Shown one piece after another: positions 38,701-47,435 of a DNA stretch of 64,000 nucleotides. The DNA is from Polyangiaceae bacterium (GTDB lineage Bacteria > Myxococcota_A > Polyangia > Polyangiales > Polyangiaceae). Position 1 is the first letter of the stretch. The number at the start of each line of letters is the position of its first letter. Under the pieces are notes generated by a model that saw only the letters and a list, made by a program, of their open reading frames with translations, did no database searches and was not told where the DNA came from. The DNA lies in NCBI GenBank assembly GCA_044376115.1, contig JBILLK010000004.1:288001-352000 (forward strand), given 5' to 3'. The translations under genes were made by a program, and so were the position numbers.

Positions 38701-39991
38701 GGTGATCACTCACATCCGCTATCAAGAGGGTTTGACTTCTCGAGTTGTTGCGGTTGCGGTCATCCCTGGTGGGACGGATAAGTCTTCACCAGGTGGCCCC
38801 AGGAACCGCGAGCTCGACCCGGACGAGTACTGGGATGACGCCAACCGGGAGCCCCGCAAGAAGGTTCGTAATTGGGGCAGCAACAATCCCGCCCGGAGCC
38901 TCACCTTCGTGGAACTCAAAACCGGCCGGATCTTGGCACGCTTGGTTGGAGACAGGAATGACAGCCCGAACCAGATCGATAACGAGGTTCCGGGAGACCC
39001 TACCAAGACCGCATTCGACAGTCCGCTCACAGGTATCCCGAGCGTCTTCCCGGGAGGTGGCCGCGTGGCTGAACGCCTCTACGTTGGGGACGCGGACGGA
39101 ACCATGTGGCGCGTCGAGCTGACTTCAGCCGATCCGAACGAATGGGAAGCCCACATCGCCTTCGACGCCTACAACAACAATGGGTCCGAGTCGACGCTCA
39201 AGAATGCTTGGCTCCAGACCACCAAGACCGAGCTGAACCTGAACCCCAACGACAACGACGCAGCAGAGATGGGTCAGCCAATTCAAACGGCGCCGCTCTT
39301 GTCGACGGATGAGGAGGGCAACGTTGTCGTTACCTTCGCTACTGGCAACCAAGAGAGCTTCAACAACGTCAGTTCTGGAGCGGTAAACATGCTGGTGAGC
39401 TTCACTGACACGTTTACAAACTCCAAGACGGGCGACCCCGAAGAGACCACTGGCTTCCAAGCTCGAGTCGACGGCAGTGGGGCCAATGCCAAGGGGGTGG
39501 AAATGGCTTGGGTCGACGGTGGCGGAGTCACCGGACCGATCAATCTCTTCGATGGCCAGCTGTACTTTGCCTACTTCAATCCTTCGGCGGCCAACACCTG
39601 CACCCTCGGCACCGGCGGGATCTGCGGTGTCGACTACGTCAAGCGGCTGAGCAGCGGGGACCCGACGCCCTCCGGCACCGCGGATTCCACCGACCCAACG
39701 GAAGCCTGTGGAGACTTCGACAACGGCGAGGTTGTGTTCGGAATCTCGCTCAACTTGGTGCCGAGCTGTGCGGTAACAACGTCCTCCTTCAGCGATCCGT
39801 GGATGAACGGCAACTACAACGCTATGACCACGGCAAACGGTGGGCGCTATGAACTCGTGTTCCACACGGGCCAGAACGGTGGAACGCCAGCCGGTGGTGG
39901 CAAGACCAAGCGCACGAAGGTTGAACTCCCGCAACCCAAGGCTCGCACGACGGTTCGCAGCTTTGTGCGTGTTGCCGAGACCGACCAGTGA
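35795..39991 (+). CDS. pilY1: PilY1/PilC-like tip adhesin, copy 3 (most divergent)
   Basis: Signal ADA-Q; DTSGS, TPLA, VTDGE; same propeller motifs. Confidence 0.88.
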   Translation: MTMKSGTPSGSHRRLHVSFATALLMVLGVSQRADAQNSGASDIKIKKPNALLLLDTSGSMRWALDGTQSYSLAANGKKARWTVLAETLTGTVNNLQVNSAGSILASGDPAESSPKFCEPVPNRDKKILKALFAFGESGGASGASVGPFTWPVAKGNPKDKDAIAFCEINSADCSSTTNWTSADLCRQAAPGDAVAKGEFSQQGDGLIDLFQDKIRFGMASFDPLATVFSFVDNTPANCQLGIDGSACFWTGSEQFSYWNNGSGETWLTGSHTSYNGDSFWAGYTTSYVDIGIRNPRAQPWEGRLIGFGAADWNLTQSGLSGYIDCTNDDECTVRHNDMVQQGILGLHKELTASTPLAAMMRDAYEFIKFDTTTQGVHLPHEYDADISAYPTLYGTVGPKTDPYYTDSVAPCRTTSVILVTDGEPSRDLDRRMSYFAGKLLDDEGVNTFVVGVGLATATWNPGGGAVTVACDSLREADLGAGKICEPATGTGWRYADVTPNGISNSQKSSIRACCNLLETAVEGGTERAYFPANQSELKQKMSQIFGSIAGGAVSRTVPVFGAVSASFTQTGGSTNAPAVSYELRSSMEVSNSSMWTGNLERLRYACVGNAPTIQGFDDAKGDDFGSNLTATTMRARKFFTVGTEKAVQMTGTIRTPAVNADDKLFDGGQEGGFRSFGASDTPVTFANLASEINGLYSTGANDAHDLLGLKNSDSADCLSEVGATTLGACGDSILKWYAGDPNPDGGSIVSTDPSPSRDPKSAQCEGGCSPFGAVYRTVPVIVPPPSTTDSDDQNFGRDRTNGSNSFVEQQKGRPTMVYSQTVDGQLHAFVLAKNDFTPASYYNVGVPNSDALENNELWSFIPPAVVPELWGNFNSAGRLLDGQLAWGNVVFDRALGFDGSDNADAITTWPYNTVLVGCSGAADGLASSFCYALDVTDPKEPEFLWQLSTAGDNNGDPDGALFGDHVPGAVITHIRYQEGLTSRVVAVAVIPGGTDKSSPGGPRNRELDPDEYWDDANREPRKKVRNWGSNNPARSLTFVELKTGRILARLVGDRNDSPNQIDNEVPGDPTKTAFDSPLTGIPSVFPGGGRVAERLYVGDADGTMWRVELTSADPNEWEAHIAFDAYNNNGSESTLKNAWLQTTKTELNLNPNDNDAAEMGQPIQTAPLLSTDEEGNVVVTFATGNQESFNNVSSGAVNMLVSFTDTFTNSKTGDPEETTGFQARVDGSGANAKGVEMAWVDGGGVTGPINLFDGQLYFAYFNPSAANTCTLGTGGICGVDYVKRLSSGDPTPSGTADSTDPTEACGDFDNGEVVFGISLNLVPSCAVTTSSFSDPWMNGNYNAMTTANGGRYELVFHTGQNGGTPAGGGKTKRTKVELPQPKARTTVRSFVRVAETDQ

Positions 39992-40563
39992 TTGCTGCCG
40001 CGCGAGGTCTGCTCATCGGGCAGCTAATTGTGACCGCCTTCGGGGTGAGCCTGCTGGCTTGCTCCGAATCGGTTCCACAGCTTGCACCCGCCAGCGCACC
40101 AGGAAGTGTCGGGGTTCAGCTTAACGCAGACGGGCTCGAGGAGGGCCCTCTCGATGCGTTTGGACTCAAACTGCCAGCGCGCTCCACGGTGAAGCGAAGC
40201 ACTCCTTCCACGGTGGTGGTAGAGGTACCGGCCAATTCAAAACGCACCCTCGAGTACCTCAAGGCGCGGTTGACTTCCCCAGGTGGGGAGTCTGACGCCA
40301 AAAAGACGGTGTTTGAGCAAGCTGAGTTTACAGCTGCACCCGGCAAAAAGTTCCGAGTGGTGGTGAAGCCGACGAGCATGACCACCGAGGTGACTGTTCG
40401 ACGGGAGCCCGAGCCACAACCTGCGGCGACCGCGGTATCCATCGACGAAGCTTCGAAAGACCCAAGGCTTTCTCCCGACGTAATTGCCAGTGTCAAGGCT
40501 GCCGATCCGAAGGCGATGGTTCTGCCCAGCCACCTAGACGAGACCAGTCGCCTCGGCGACTGA
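39988..40563 (+). CDS. PilY1-associated small lipoprotein, copy 3
   Basis: GTGA overlap; LLAC-SE; EGPLDAFGLKLP. Confidence 0.8.
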   Translation: MIAAARGLLIGQLIVTAFGVSLLACSESVPQLAPASAPGSVGVQLNADGLEEGPLDAFGLKLPARSTVKRSTPSTVVVEVPANSKRTLEYLKARLTSPGGESDAKKTVFEQAEFTAAPGKKFRVVVKPTSMTTEVTVRREPEPQPAATAVSIDEASKDPRLSPDVIASVKAADPKAMVLPSHLDETSRLGD

Positions 40564-40605
40564 ATCGGCGCGACATCCAATCGCCGCGCTGATAGAAGTT
40601 GGCGC

Positions 40606-41706
40606 GTGTCAGATTCAGCTCTGCTTCGAACACCGCTCTACAACGCACACGTTCAAGCCAAGGCGAGGCTCGTGCCCTTCGCCGGCTACGAGATGCCGGT
40701 CCAGTACAAGGGCCTCGTTGAAGAGCACAAGATGGTCCGCTCTGCGGCGGGACTGTTCGATGTTTCGCACATGGGGGAGTTGTTTCTCTCAGGAGCGGGC
40801 ACGCTCGGGGTCGTCAATCGACTCATCACCGGGGACGCAGCGAAGCTCGTGGATGGGCAGGCGCTCTACACCTGCGCCTGCAACGAAAAAGGCACCATCC
40901 TCGACGATCTGATCGTCTACCGCCGCGGCCCTGACTCCTTCTTGATCGTCTGCAACGCCTCCAACCGCGCGAAGATCGCGGCGCATGTGGCCGAGCTCGC
41001 GAGCGGGGTCTGTGACTTCGCTGATCGCTCGGACGAATTCGCGCTGATCGCCTTCCAAGGGCCGAAGGCGGTTGGGCTCGCGGCAAAGCTGGGAGATGCG
41101 GCGCTCGAATCGTTGGGCTCGTTTCACTTCAAGGAGACGACCATCGGTGGCGTCGCTTGCACCGCTGCACGCACTGGCTACACCGGGGAAGACGGCCTCG
41201 AGATCTTCTGCGCCAACGACAAGGCCGAGCAGCTCTGGAACGCCTTGCTGGAGGTCGGCAAGGACATTGGCGTTGGCCCCGCCGGGCTCGGAGCTCGGGA
41301 CACGCTGCGGCTCGAGGCTCGCCTTTCGCTTTACGGCAACGACATCGACGAGACGACCAATCCGCTCGAGGCTGGCCTGGGTTGGATCGTCAAGCTCGAT
41401 AAGGCCGACTTCATCGGCAAGGACGCCTTGGTGGCGGTCAAGGCAGCGGGGCTACCTCGCAAGTTGGTTGGCTTTGAGGTCACGGGCCGCGGTATTGCAC
41501 GAGGCGGGTATCCCCTGCTCGACAAGGCTGGCACCGTCGTTGGGTCGTGCACGAGTGGCAGCCCCGGACCGACCGTCGGGAAGAACATCGGCCTCGGCTA
41601 CTTGCCCGCGGCGATGACCGCGATTGGAACTGAGTTTGTTGTCGACTGTCGGGGGCGCCACGCCGACGCAGTCGTTGTGAAGACCCCTTTCTACAAGCGA
41701 GGCTAA
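40606..41706 (+). CDS. gcvT: Glycine cleavage aminomethyltransferase T
   Basis: FAGYEMPVQY, FDVSHMGE, RTGYTGEDG, GLGARDTLRLEA. Confidence 0.96.
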   Translation: MSDSALLRTPLYNAHVQAKARLVPFAGYEMPVQYKGLVEEHKMVRSAAGLFDVSHMGELFLSGAGTLGVVNRLITGDAAKLVDGQALYTCACNEKGTILDDLIVYRRGPDSFLIVCNASNRAKIAAHVAELASGVCDFADRSDEFALIAFQGPKAVGLAAKLGDAALESLGSFHFKETTIGGVACTAARTGYTGEDGLEIFCANDKAEQLWNALLEVGKDIGVGPAGLGARDTLRLEARLSLYGNDIDETTNPLEAGLGWIVKLDKADFIGKDALVAVKAAGLPRKLVGFEVTGRGIARGGYPLLDKAGTVVGSCTSGSPGPTVGKNIGLGYLPAAMTAIGTEFVVDCRGRHADAVVVKTPFYKRG

Positions 41707-41713
41707 CGAAGTC

Positions 41714-42100
41714 ATGGCCAACGTCCCGTCAGATCGCAAGTTCACCAAAGACCACGAATGGGCCCAGGCCGCCGCCGGCGCCGTCAAAGTTGGAATCACC
41801 GGCTACGCTGTCGAGCAGTTGGGTGACATCACCCTGCTCAACCTCGACGTGAAGGCGGGCGACTCGGTAGAGGCCGGCAAGGCCTTCGGTACGATTGAGA
41901 GCGTCAAGACGCTGAGCGATCTTTACGCGCCGGTCACCGGCGTCGTGCGTGCGATCAACACGGCGCTCGAGACCAAGCCGGAGCTCGTGAACGAGGACTG
42001 CTACACCGCGTGGATGGTCGAGATCGAGACCAGCTCGGACTTGGCAGACCTACTCACGCCCGAGGCCTACGGCGACTTGGTCGCCAAGCTCGATCACTGA
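41714..42100 (+). CDS. gcvH: Glycine cleavage H protein
   Basis: TKDHEW, GITGYAVEQLGDI, lipoyl site ESVK, PELVNED. Confidence 0.96.
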   Translation: MANVPSDRKFTKDHEWAQAAAGAVKVGITGYAVEQLGDITLLNLDVKAGDSVEAGKAFGTIESVKTLSDLYAPVTGVVRAINTALETKPELVNEDCYTAWMVEIETSSDLADLLTPEAYGDLVAKLDH

Positions 42101-42103
42101 GTC

Positions 42104-42784
42104 GTGCTCAAGCGGCTTCACGCCAAACTACGCGAAGCCAAGGCTGTCGCGAGGCAAGCTTGGTTGCTACCTCGCGACAGCGCAGAAGACGTCGTCCCGG
42201 ATGCAGCAAGCGGTGACGACGTCGTTCTGTTTCTGCACGGTCTTTTTGCCTCGGCGGGTGTGTTGCAGCCGATGAGGCTCGGCTTCATGCGTCACGCCGG
42301 CGTCCGCACTGGAGCCTTCTCTTATGCGCCGGGACCGGGCGTGGTTGAACTCAATGACCGCCTCTCTGCACTGACGGCCAAGCTACCCGGCGACGTCAAC
42401 CTGCACCTGGTCGGGCACAGCTTGGGGGGGATTGTCGCGCGCTACTACAGTCAGCACGCTAGCGACGATCGGTTGCGCTCCCTAACCACCTTGGCGAGCC
42501 CGTTCGCGGGGGTCCCGCTTGCGTCCAAGCTCGCCCTGTTCGAGGGCGCGCGCGATTTGGCGCCGGAGAGCCCGCTGCTGGCGCAACTCCGTGAGAGACC
42601 GGTTTCGGTGCCCCACCTGGCGTTGCTCGGTGAGGAGGACCAGCTAACGAGCGATCGCGACGCCCACACCGCGTCCGGAAGCACGTCGCTGGTGATGGCT
42701 GGCTTGGGCCACCACACGATCTTGTTCGCTTCGCAGGTTGCCACCACCGTGCAGAGCTTCATCCTTTCGCAACGCGCGAGCTGA
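42104..42784 (+). CDS. Alpha/beta hydrolase (lipase/esterase-like)
   Basis: FLHGL, GHSLGG, TLASPFAG, GHH. Confidence 0.85.
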   Translation: MLKRLHAKLREAKAVARQAWLLPRDSAEDVVPDAASGDDVVLFLHGLFASAGVLQPMRLGFMRHAGVRTGAFSYAPGPGVVELNDRLSALTAKLPGDVNLHLVGHSLGGIVARYYSQHASDDRLRSLTTLASPFAGVPLASKLALFEGARDLAPESPLLAQLRERPVSVPHLALLGEEDQLTSDRDAHTASGSTSLVMAGLGHHTILFASQVATTVQSFILSQRAS

Positions 42785-42787
42785 GGC

Positions 42788-43330
42788 TCAATCGTCCTCG
42801 TCGGTGTCGAGCGGTTCTCCCTCGTGCCCCTGATCGATCATGGCGAGCACACCGCGGGCCTCCTGGGCTGCCTCGAACTCCGGCTTACTATCCAAGAAGA
42901 TGCGCAGGCTGCGCGCGGCGAGTTCACGCTTCCCTTGTGCGAGCAACGCCAAGCCAAGCGCGTAGTGGGCGTCACCGTCGTCACCGGAGCGTTGAATGGC
43001 GATGCGCGCCTCTCGCTCGGCCTGCTCCGGATCACGCAAGCGACGCAGTGAGTGCGAGAGTGAAACGCGCGCGCCGAGGAAATCAGGATTGACGAGCACA
43101 GCCGCGCGAAAGGCGTCTTTCGCAGGGCCGAACTGCTTGAGCTCCCAGAAGGCTGCGCCCATCAGATTGTAGGCATAGCCGTTATGAGCGTCCTTCTCGA
43201 CCACGGCCTTCAAGGCGCGCAGCGCCTGATCGAAGTGGGCCTCCTCGAGCAGGCTGCTCGCCTCTTCAACGGCGTCCCACCGTGCTGCATCCTGCCCGCT
43301 ACGATCCTGCGACCCGGCTCTTTGCGACAT
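42788..43330 (-). CDS. Tetratricopeptide repeat protein
   Basis: Successive TPR motifs (AYNLMGAAF, AHYALGLAL). Confidence 0.85.
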   Translation of the reverse strand: MSQRAGSQDRSGQDAARWDAVEEASSLLEEAHFDQALRALKAVVEKDAHNGYAYNLMGAAFWELKQFGPAKDAFRAAVLVNPDFLGARVSLSHSLRRLRDPEQAEREARIAIQRSGDDGDAHYALGLALLAQGKRELAARSLRIFLDSKPEFEAAQEARGVLAMIDQGHEGEPLDTDEDD

Positions 43331-43413
43331 GAGCGGGCTTATAGCGCTTTGCCGTCGCCGCTGAAGGGCGAAAGCGCCATTGCCGGCCCTCGCTCAAACC
43401 GTTACAGCGAGCC

Positions 43414-45363
43414 ATTCCGACACGCCTGTTTCACGCGCTGCGCCTCAGCCTCTGTCTACTGCTCCCGCTCGCCTTCTGGCTTCCAGCGGCCGCGTACACG
43501 CACGGCCACTTCCCTGCCCCGCTCGACGACGTCTACATCTACTTCAACTACGCCCGAGCCACGGCAGACGGCTGTTTCCTTTGCGTTGAACCGGGTTCGG
43601 GAGGCAGCACCGGCGCGACCAGCCCCCTCTACGCGTTGTTGCTCGCCGCGCTCGAGCTCGTCGCTTGGTCGCCGCAAGCAATGGGCTGGCTGGTAGCCGC
43701 ACTGACGGTCGCTTTGCTGTACGACACGACCTCGAGCTTGAGTTCGCTCTTTGGGCGGCGTGTTGGGCTCGGGAGCTTGCTGAGCTGCGCGCTCTTCGGG
43801 CTGCCGATCCTCGATTGGTCCCTCGTCTCGGGGATGGAGACGGCTTGGGTCGCCGCACTGATGGCCCGATCGCTGGCGGCAGTCGATAGCTGCGCGCGAA
43901 GCTCGCCGACGTTGCGTTCGACTGCGCAGACGAAAGCGGGAGCGGTTATCGCGCTGCTCGCGGTGAGTCGGCCGGAGCTATTGCCGATGGGTTTGCTCTT
44001 CGCGCTGAGCATCGTGCACGCCTCGGGTTCACGGCCGCTGCTGGGCAGCCTCGCGCGGGCGTTTTTGCCATTGTTGACGCTGTTTATTGGCTTCGCGCTG
44101 TGGGCCTTCCTCACCACCGGGCAGTGGGTGCAAGCCGGTGCGGTGCGCAAGGTTGCGCTCTACGACCCGCTGGTGAGCCGCTTCGATGCCGCGGTGGTCG
44201 CGCTGATCAACCTGGTTCGACTCTCGGTCGAGGGCTTCGAGCTGGCGATCGGGGGACGTTGGGTGTTGCTCCTTTTGTTGGTCTGCGCTGGTTTTGGCCT
44301 GCAGCAAACGCGCGATCGCCGCTTGGTCCTCCCGCTTGCGCTCGGTGGCCTCGCGTCGCTGTTGCTCGTCGCCTTCAACCGCACAGCGCCCTTTCAGAAT
44401 CTTCGCTATCTCGCACCCAACTATCTCGGTCTGCTGATGGCCGCGGTGATTGGCGTACGCAGCGCGGTTGGGCCGTTTGGCTTGGCCCTGCGAGCGGTGC
44501 CGCTCGGCGTCGCGCTCGTGCTCGCCGCGCTCACCTTCCCCAAGCAGCTTCGGCACTACGCGCTATCGGCCAAGAACATTCACGAACAACAAGTAGCGAT
44601 TGGGCTGCGGCTGCGCGAGCTCGGGCCGAAGCGAATCTTCGTTGGCGACGCCGGCGCAATTCCCTATTTCTCCGGCCGACCGAGCCTCGATGGTCTCGGG
44701 CTTGGGGGCTTCCGCGCGATGCCCTTCGCCAAAGCATCGGTGTTGGGCGAAGGCGCCGTGGTCGAGCTGATCGAGCGGCTGCCCGAGTCGGAACGGCCCG
44801 ACACCCTGGCGATCTACGAGTCGTGGTGGCCAGACCTCGCGCCGACCTTTGGCGAGCGACAATTCTCGGTCTTGCTCGAGGACAACGTGATCTGCGGCGC
44901 CCCTGAAAAGACCGTCTATCGCGCCGATTGGTCGCTGCTCGAGGACCGGCAAAGCGAACGGGAGCGGAGCATCGACCGCGTCGACTTTGGCGATCTGATC
45001 GATGAAGAGCTCCACCACGCGCGCTTCTTCCCGAAGGAACCGCGCGTCGGCTTTGACGTTCATCAGCGCAAAGAGGGTCGCTCGTTCGATGGGGTGCGCA
45101 GGCTCGAGGCGGGCCAGTGGGTGCAGTTCGATCTCGCGACGGAGGGCGAGCCGCGCACCCTCGAGCTTCAGCTTGGGCCGTCCAACGGGTTCGCTTTCAG
45201 CATCGAACGCGGGGATTACGTCGAGAGCTTTGCCGGCGGTAGTGAAGCCGATGAGTGGCTCGTGCTCGCCACAGAGCACCGAAGCCAAAGCGCGACTATT
45301 ACCGTGCGTGTGCAATCCGGGTTGCTGAAGCTCGGCTCCGCTCGCCTTCGACGGGCTCAGTAG
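43414..45363 (+). CDS. GT-C fold polytopic membrane glycosyltransferase-like protein
   Basis: In-frame extension upstream of track start 43636 encodes TM plus LDDVYIYFNYAR..GATSPLY; SGMET, SRPE, DAGAIPYFS..DGLGL; start uncertain (ATT 43414 or CTG 43426). Confidence 0.75.
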   Translation: MPTRLFHALRLSLCLLLPLAFWLPAAAYTHGHFPAPLDDVYIYFNYARATADGCFLCVEPGSGGSTGATSPLYALLLAALELVAWSPQAMGWLVAALTVALLYDTTSSLSSLFGRRVGLGSLLSCALFGLPILDWSLVSGMETAWVAALMARSLAAVDSCARSSPTLRSTAQTKAGAVIALLAVSRPELLPMGLLFALSIVHASGSRPLLGSLARAFLPLLTLFIGFALWAFLTTGQWVQAGAVRKVALYDPLVSRFDAAVVALINLVRLSVEGFELAIGGRWVLLLLLVCAGFGLQQTRDRRLVLPLALGGLASLLLVAFNRTAPFQNLRYLAPNYLGLLMAAVIGVRSAVGPFGLALRAVPLGVALVLAALTFPKQLRHYALSAKNIHEQQVAIGLRLRELGPKRIFVGDAGAIPYFSGRPSLDGLGLGGFRAMPFAKASVLGEGAVVELIERLPESERPDTLAIYESWWPDLAPTFGERQFSVLLEDNVICGAPEKTVYRADWSLLEDRQSERERSIDRVDFGDLIDEELHHARFFPKEPRVGFDVHQRKEGRSFDGVRRLEAGQWVQFDLATEGEPRTLELQLGPSNGFAFSIERGDYVESFAGGSEADEWLVLATEHRSQSATITVRVQSGLLKLGSARLRRAQ

Positions 45364-47354
45364 GCCGGCATCACCCTGCCCTTGGGATCATCGGCGAGCG
45401 CGCGCAAGAACGCAGAGGTTTGTTCGGTCGCGGCGTCGATGTCGAAGGCAACGAAGTGGCCGTCATCGGTGGTCGGCGCGAACTGCGAGAGCATGCCCGT
45501 CGCTTGCCCGCCGCCGACGTTGCCACTCAGCCCGTCCGCCGGAATTTTGGTCGGCTCGAGCCCGCCAAACAGCGCGTCCGGCGGCGACCAGACCGGCGGC
45601 GATTCAAGCGGAAGACCCACGGCGTTGGCCATCGCCTCGATGCAACGCGGTGGCGCGAAGGTGTCCCCGGTGCCGTCGGGCAAAACGCCCTCGGTCATCA
45701 GCACGCTCTTGGCGCTGCCGACGCGCGGCTCGCGTAAAATATCGCGAGCGTAGGAGATGGGGTCCACCGGATCGACCAGCAGTTGGGCCAGCGCGAAGGG
45801 CGGATAGATCAAGCCGACCTCGTCGTGTTCCTCCGCCGCGAGTTGCAGAAACAGCGTCTTGACTGCATCCGCGACGCTCGGCGCAGGGCTCGTCTTTTCA
45901 TTCAGCGTGATCTGTAGATTGCCGCTCCCGCCCGAGAAGACACCGCCGCGCGCGGCGTCGTCGATCGCCAGGAACAGCGGCCCGTTCAGCGCTCCTTGCG
46001 AATGCCCGAAGTACATGATCTTGGTCGAATCAAAGCGTATCTCCTCACCGTTCAAGCTGACCGAGGCCGGCACCGTCAGCTTGCTCTCGGTGAACAGCCG
46101 TGCGCGCTGAACTTCATCGAGCGCGCTTTGGCGACCGTTCGTCCGCGCCGCTTCCACGTTGTTGAAGTTGAAGAACAGGAGCTCCACCGCTCCCGGCTCG
46201 CTGGGCGCCCCCGGCCGAGTCCCGTGCAAAATCTGGTCGACGCCCATCACGGCGATACAACGCTTTCCTAACTCGCGTGCGGTGCCGCTGTTCACGTAAG
46301 AGCGAAAGTCCCCCCCGGTACCGTGAGCAAAGAGAACGATCGGATAACCTTGCTCCGGCATGGGGCAATTGTCGGTGGTGGGCACAGACAGGCTGAAGCG
46401 CGCGTCGTAGGTGCGCTGCACGACGATCTGACCTTGCTCATCGAACTCAAACGAGCCGCCATCGCCAAAGCTGCCGAAGGGTTGGACACCAGCTTGGAAG
46501 TCGGGGCACGGACCGAAGGAGCCCTCATATTCGACGTGGCTGCTCATCGCGGAGCGGACAGACCATGCGCCTGGATCGGCGCTCGGAGCTTCGATCGCGG
46601 CCGGTAGTTGAGCCGCCGCGAGCACGAGCTCCGCCGTTGGGTCGTTCGTCGTGAACGCGGTGAACTGAACGATGCTATCGCGAGCGACCCCCGCCTTCTC
46701 GAGCTCGCGCACCGCCGGCTCGAAAAGCGTCGCGGCTCGTTCGGCTGCGTCGCTCGTGGGCACCCGGAGTCCGAGGGCCTGCTTCAGATCTTCACTCGCC
46801 AACACCTCGCCGCCCGCCTCGGAGCGAACGTCTTCCGTGACCACGAGCGCATAGCGGGTGTGCGGGCGGAGCGGGTAGCCCGGCACCGGGATGAACGAGA
46901 GCGTGTTGGAGGGCCAATAGGCGCCTGCGTCGCGGCGGAACTCGACATAGATCGGGTGGCGTTGACCGAGGTCTGGCGAGGCGGGGTCGACGTCGATCAG
47001 CTGCACCGAGCTCGACGCGCTGGTGGATTCGCCCCTCGCCGGCAAGCTCGCTGGGTCCAAAGGGCCATCGAAGCGCATGAACCCCGAGCCCATGATCGAG
47101 AAGCCATCGAGACGCCGATCGGCATACGCGATGTATTGCTCCAGGAGGGGCGCGTTGCGCGGGTTGGGCCAGCCGGCCAGCACGACGCGGCCCTCCGAAA
47201 GCCGCAAGTCCGAGGGGAACGGATGATCGAAGAAGGTCTCTTCACTGAGCTCGCCCAAGTCTGCGGGAAGTACGAACGTGGGGTGGACGTCCGGCGCAGA
47301 GTTGCAGCAGACAAGGCTCAGTGCTGCCGCGCAAAAAACGATCGGTCGGTACAC
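45357..47354 (-). CDS. Lipoprotein alpha/beta hydrolase with N-terminal Ig-like region
   Basis: LVCC lipobox-like; PFPSD, DGFS, FAHGTGG, GHSQG, terminal GHF; GTG 47354 avoids overlap with SDR. Confidence 0.78.
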   Translation of the reverse strand: MYRPIVFCAAALSLVCCNSAPDVHPTFVLPADLGELSEETFFDHPFPSDLRLSEGRVVLAGWPNPRNAPLLEQYIAYADRRLDGFSIMGSGFMRFDGPLDPASLPARGESTSASSSVQLIDVDPASPDLGQRHPIYVEFRRDAGAYWPSNTLSFIPVPGYPLRPHTRYALVVTEDVRSEAGGEVLASEDLKQALGLRVPTSDAAERAATLFEPAVRELEKAGVARDSIVQFTAFTTNDPTAELVLAAAQLPAAIEAPSADPGAWSVRSAMSSHVEYEGSFGPCPDFQAGVQPFGSFGDGGSFEFDEQGQIVVQRTYDARFSLSVPTTDNCPMPEQGYPIVLFAHGTGGDFRSYVNSGTARELGKRCIAVMGVDQILHGTRPGAPSEPGAVELLFFNFNNVEAARTNGRQSALDEVQRARLFTESKLTVPASVSLNGEEIRFDSTKIMYFGHSQGALNGPLFLAIDDAARGGVFSGGSGNLQITLNEKTSPAPSVADAVKTLFLQLAAEEHDEVGLIYPPFALAQLLVDPVDPISYARDILREPRVGSAKSVLMTEGVLPDGTGDTFAPPRCIEAMANAVGLPLESPPVWSPPDALFGGLEPTKIPADGLSGNVGGGQATGMLSQFAPTTDDGHFVAFDIDAATEQTSAFLRALADDPKGRVMPAY

Positions 47355-47435
47355 CTTGCGAGTGTAGCTGCGAATCGACGAAGGCGAGCTTGATTCGAGC
47401 TTTCCTCGGTCACCCAGCTCGGCTAGCCGTGGGCC

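Noticed and set aside
25817..40563. Shufflon, DGR or silent-cassette gene conversion among pilY1 copies
   Set aside because: No recombinase or reverse transcriptase in the window, all copies are full length with signal peptides, and the stretches compared differ at synonymous sites
30190..40563. Toxin-immunity reading of the large gene + small lipoprotein pairs
   Set aside because: C-termini of the large proteins are conserved, not polymorphic, and no toxin motif is visible; not formally excluded
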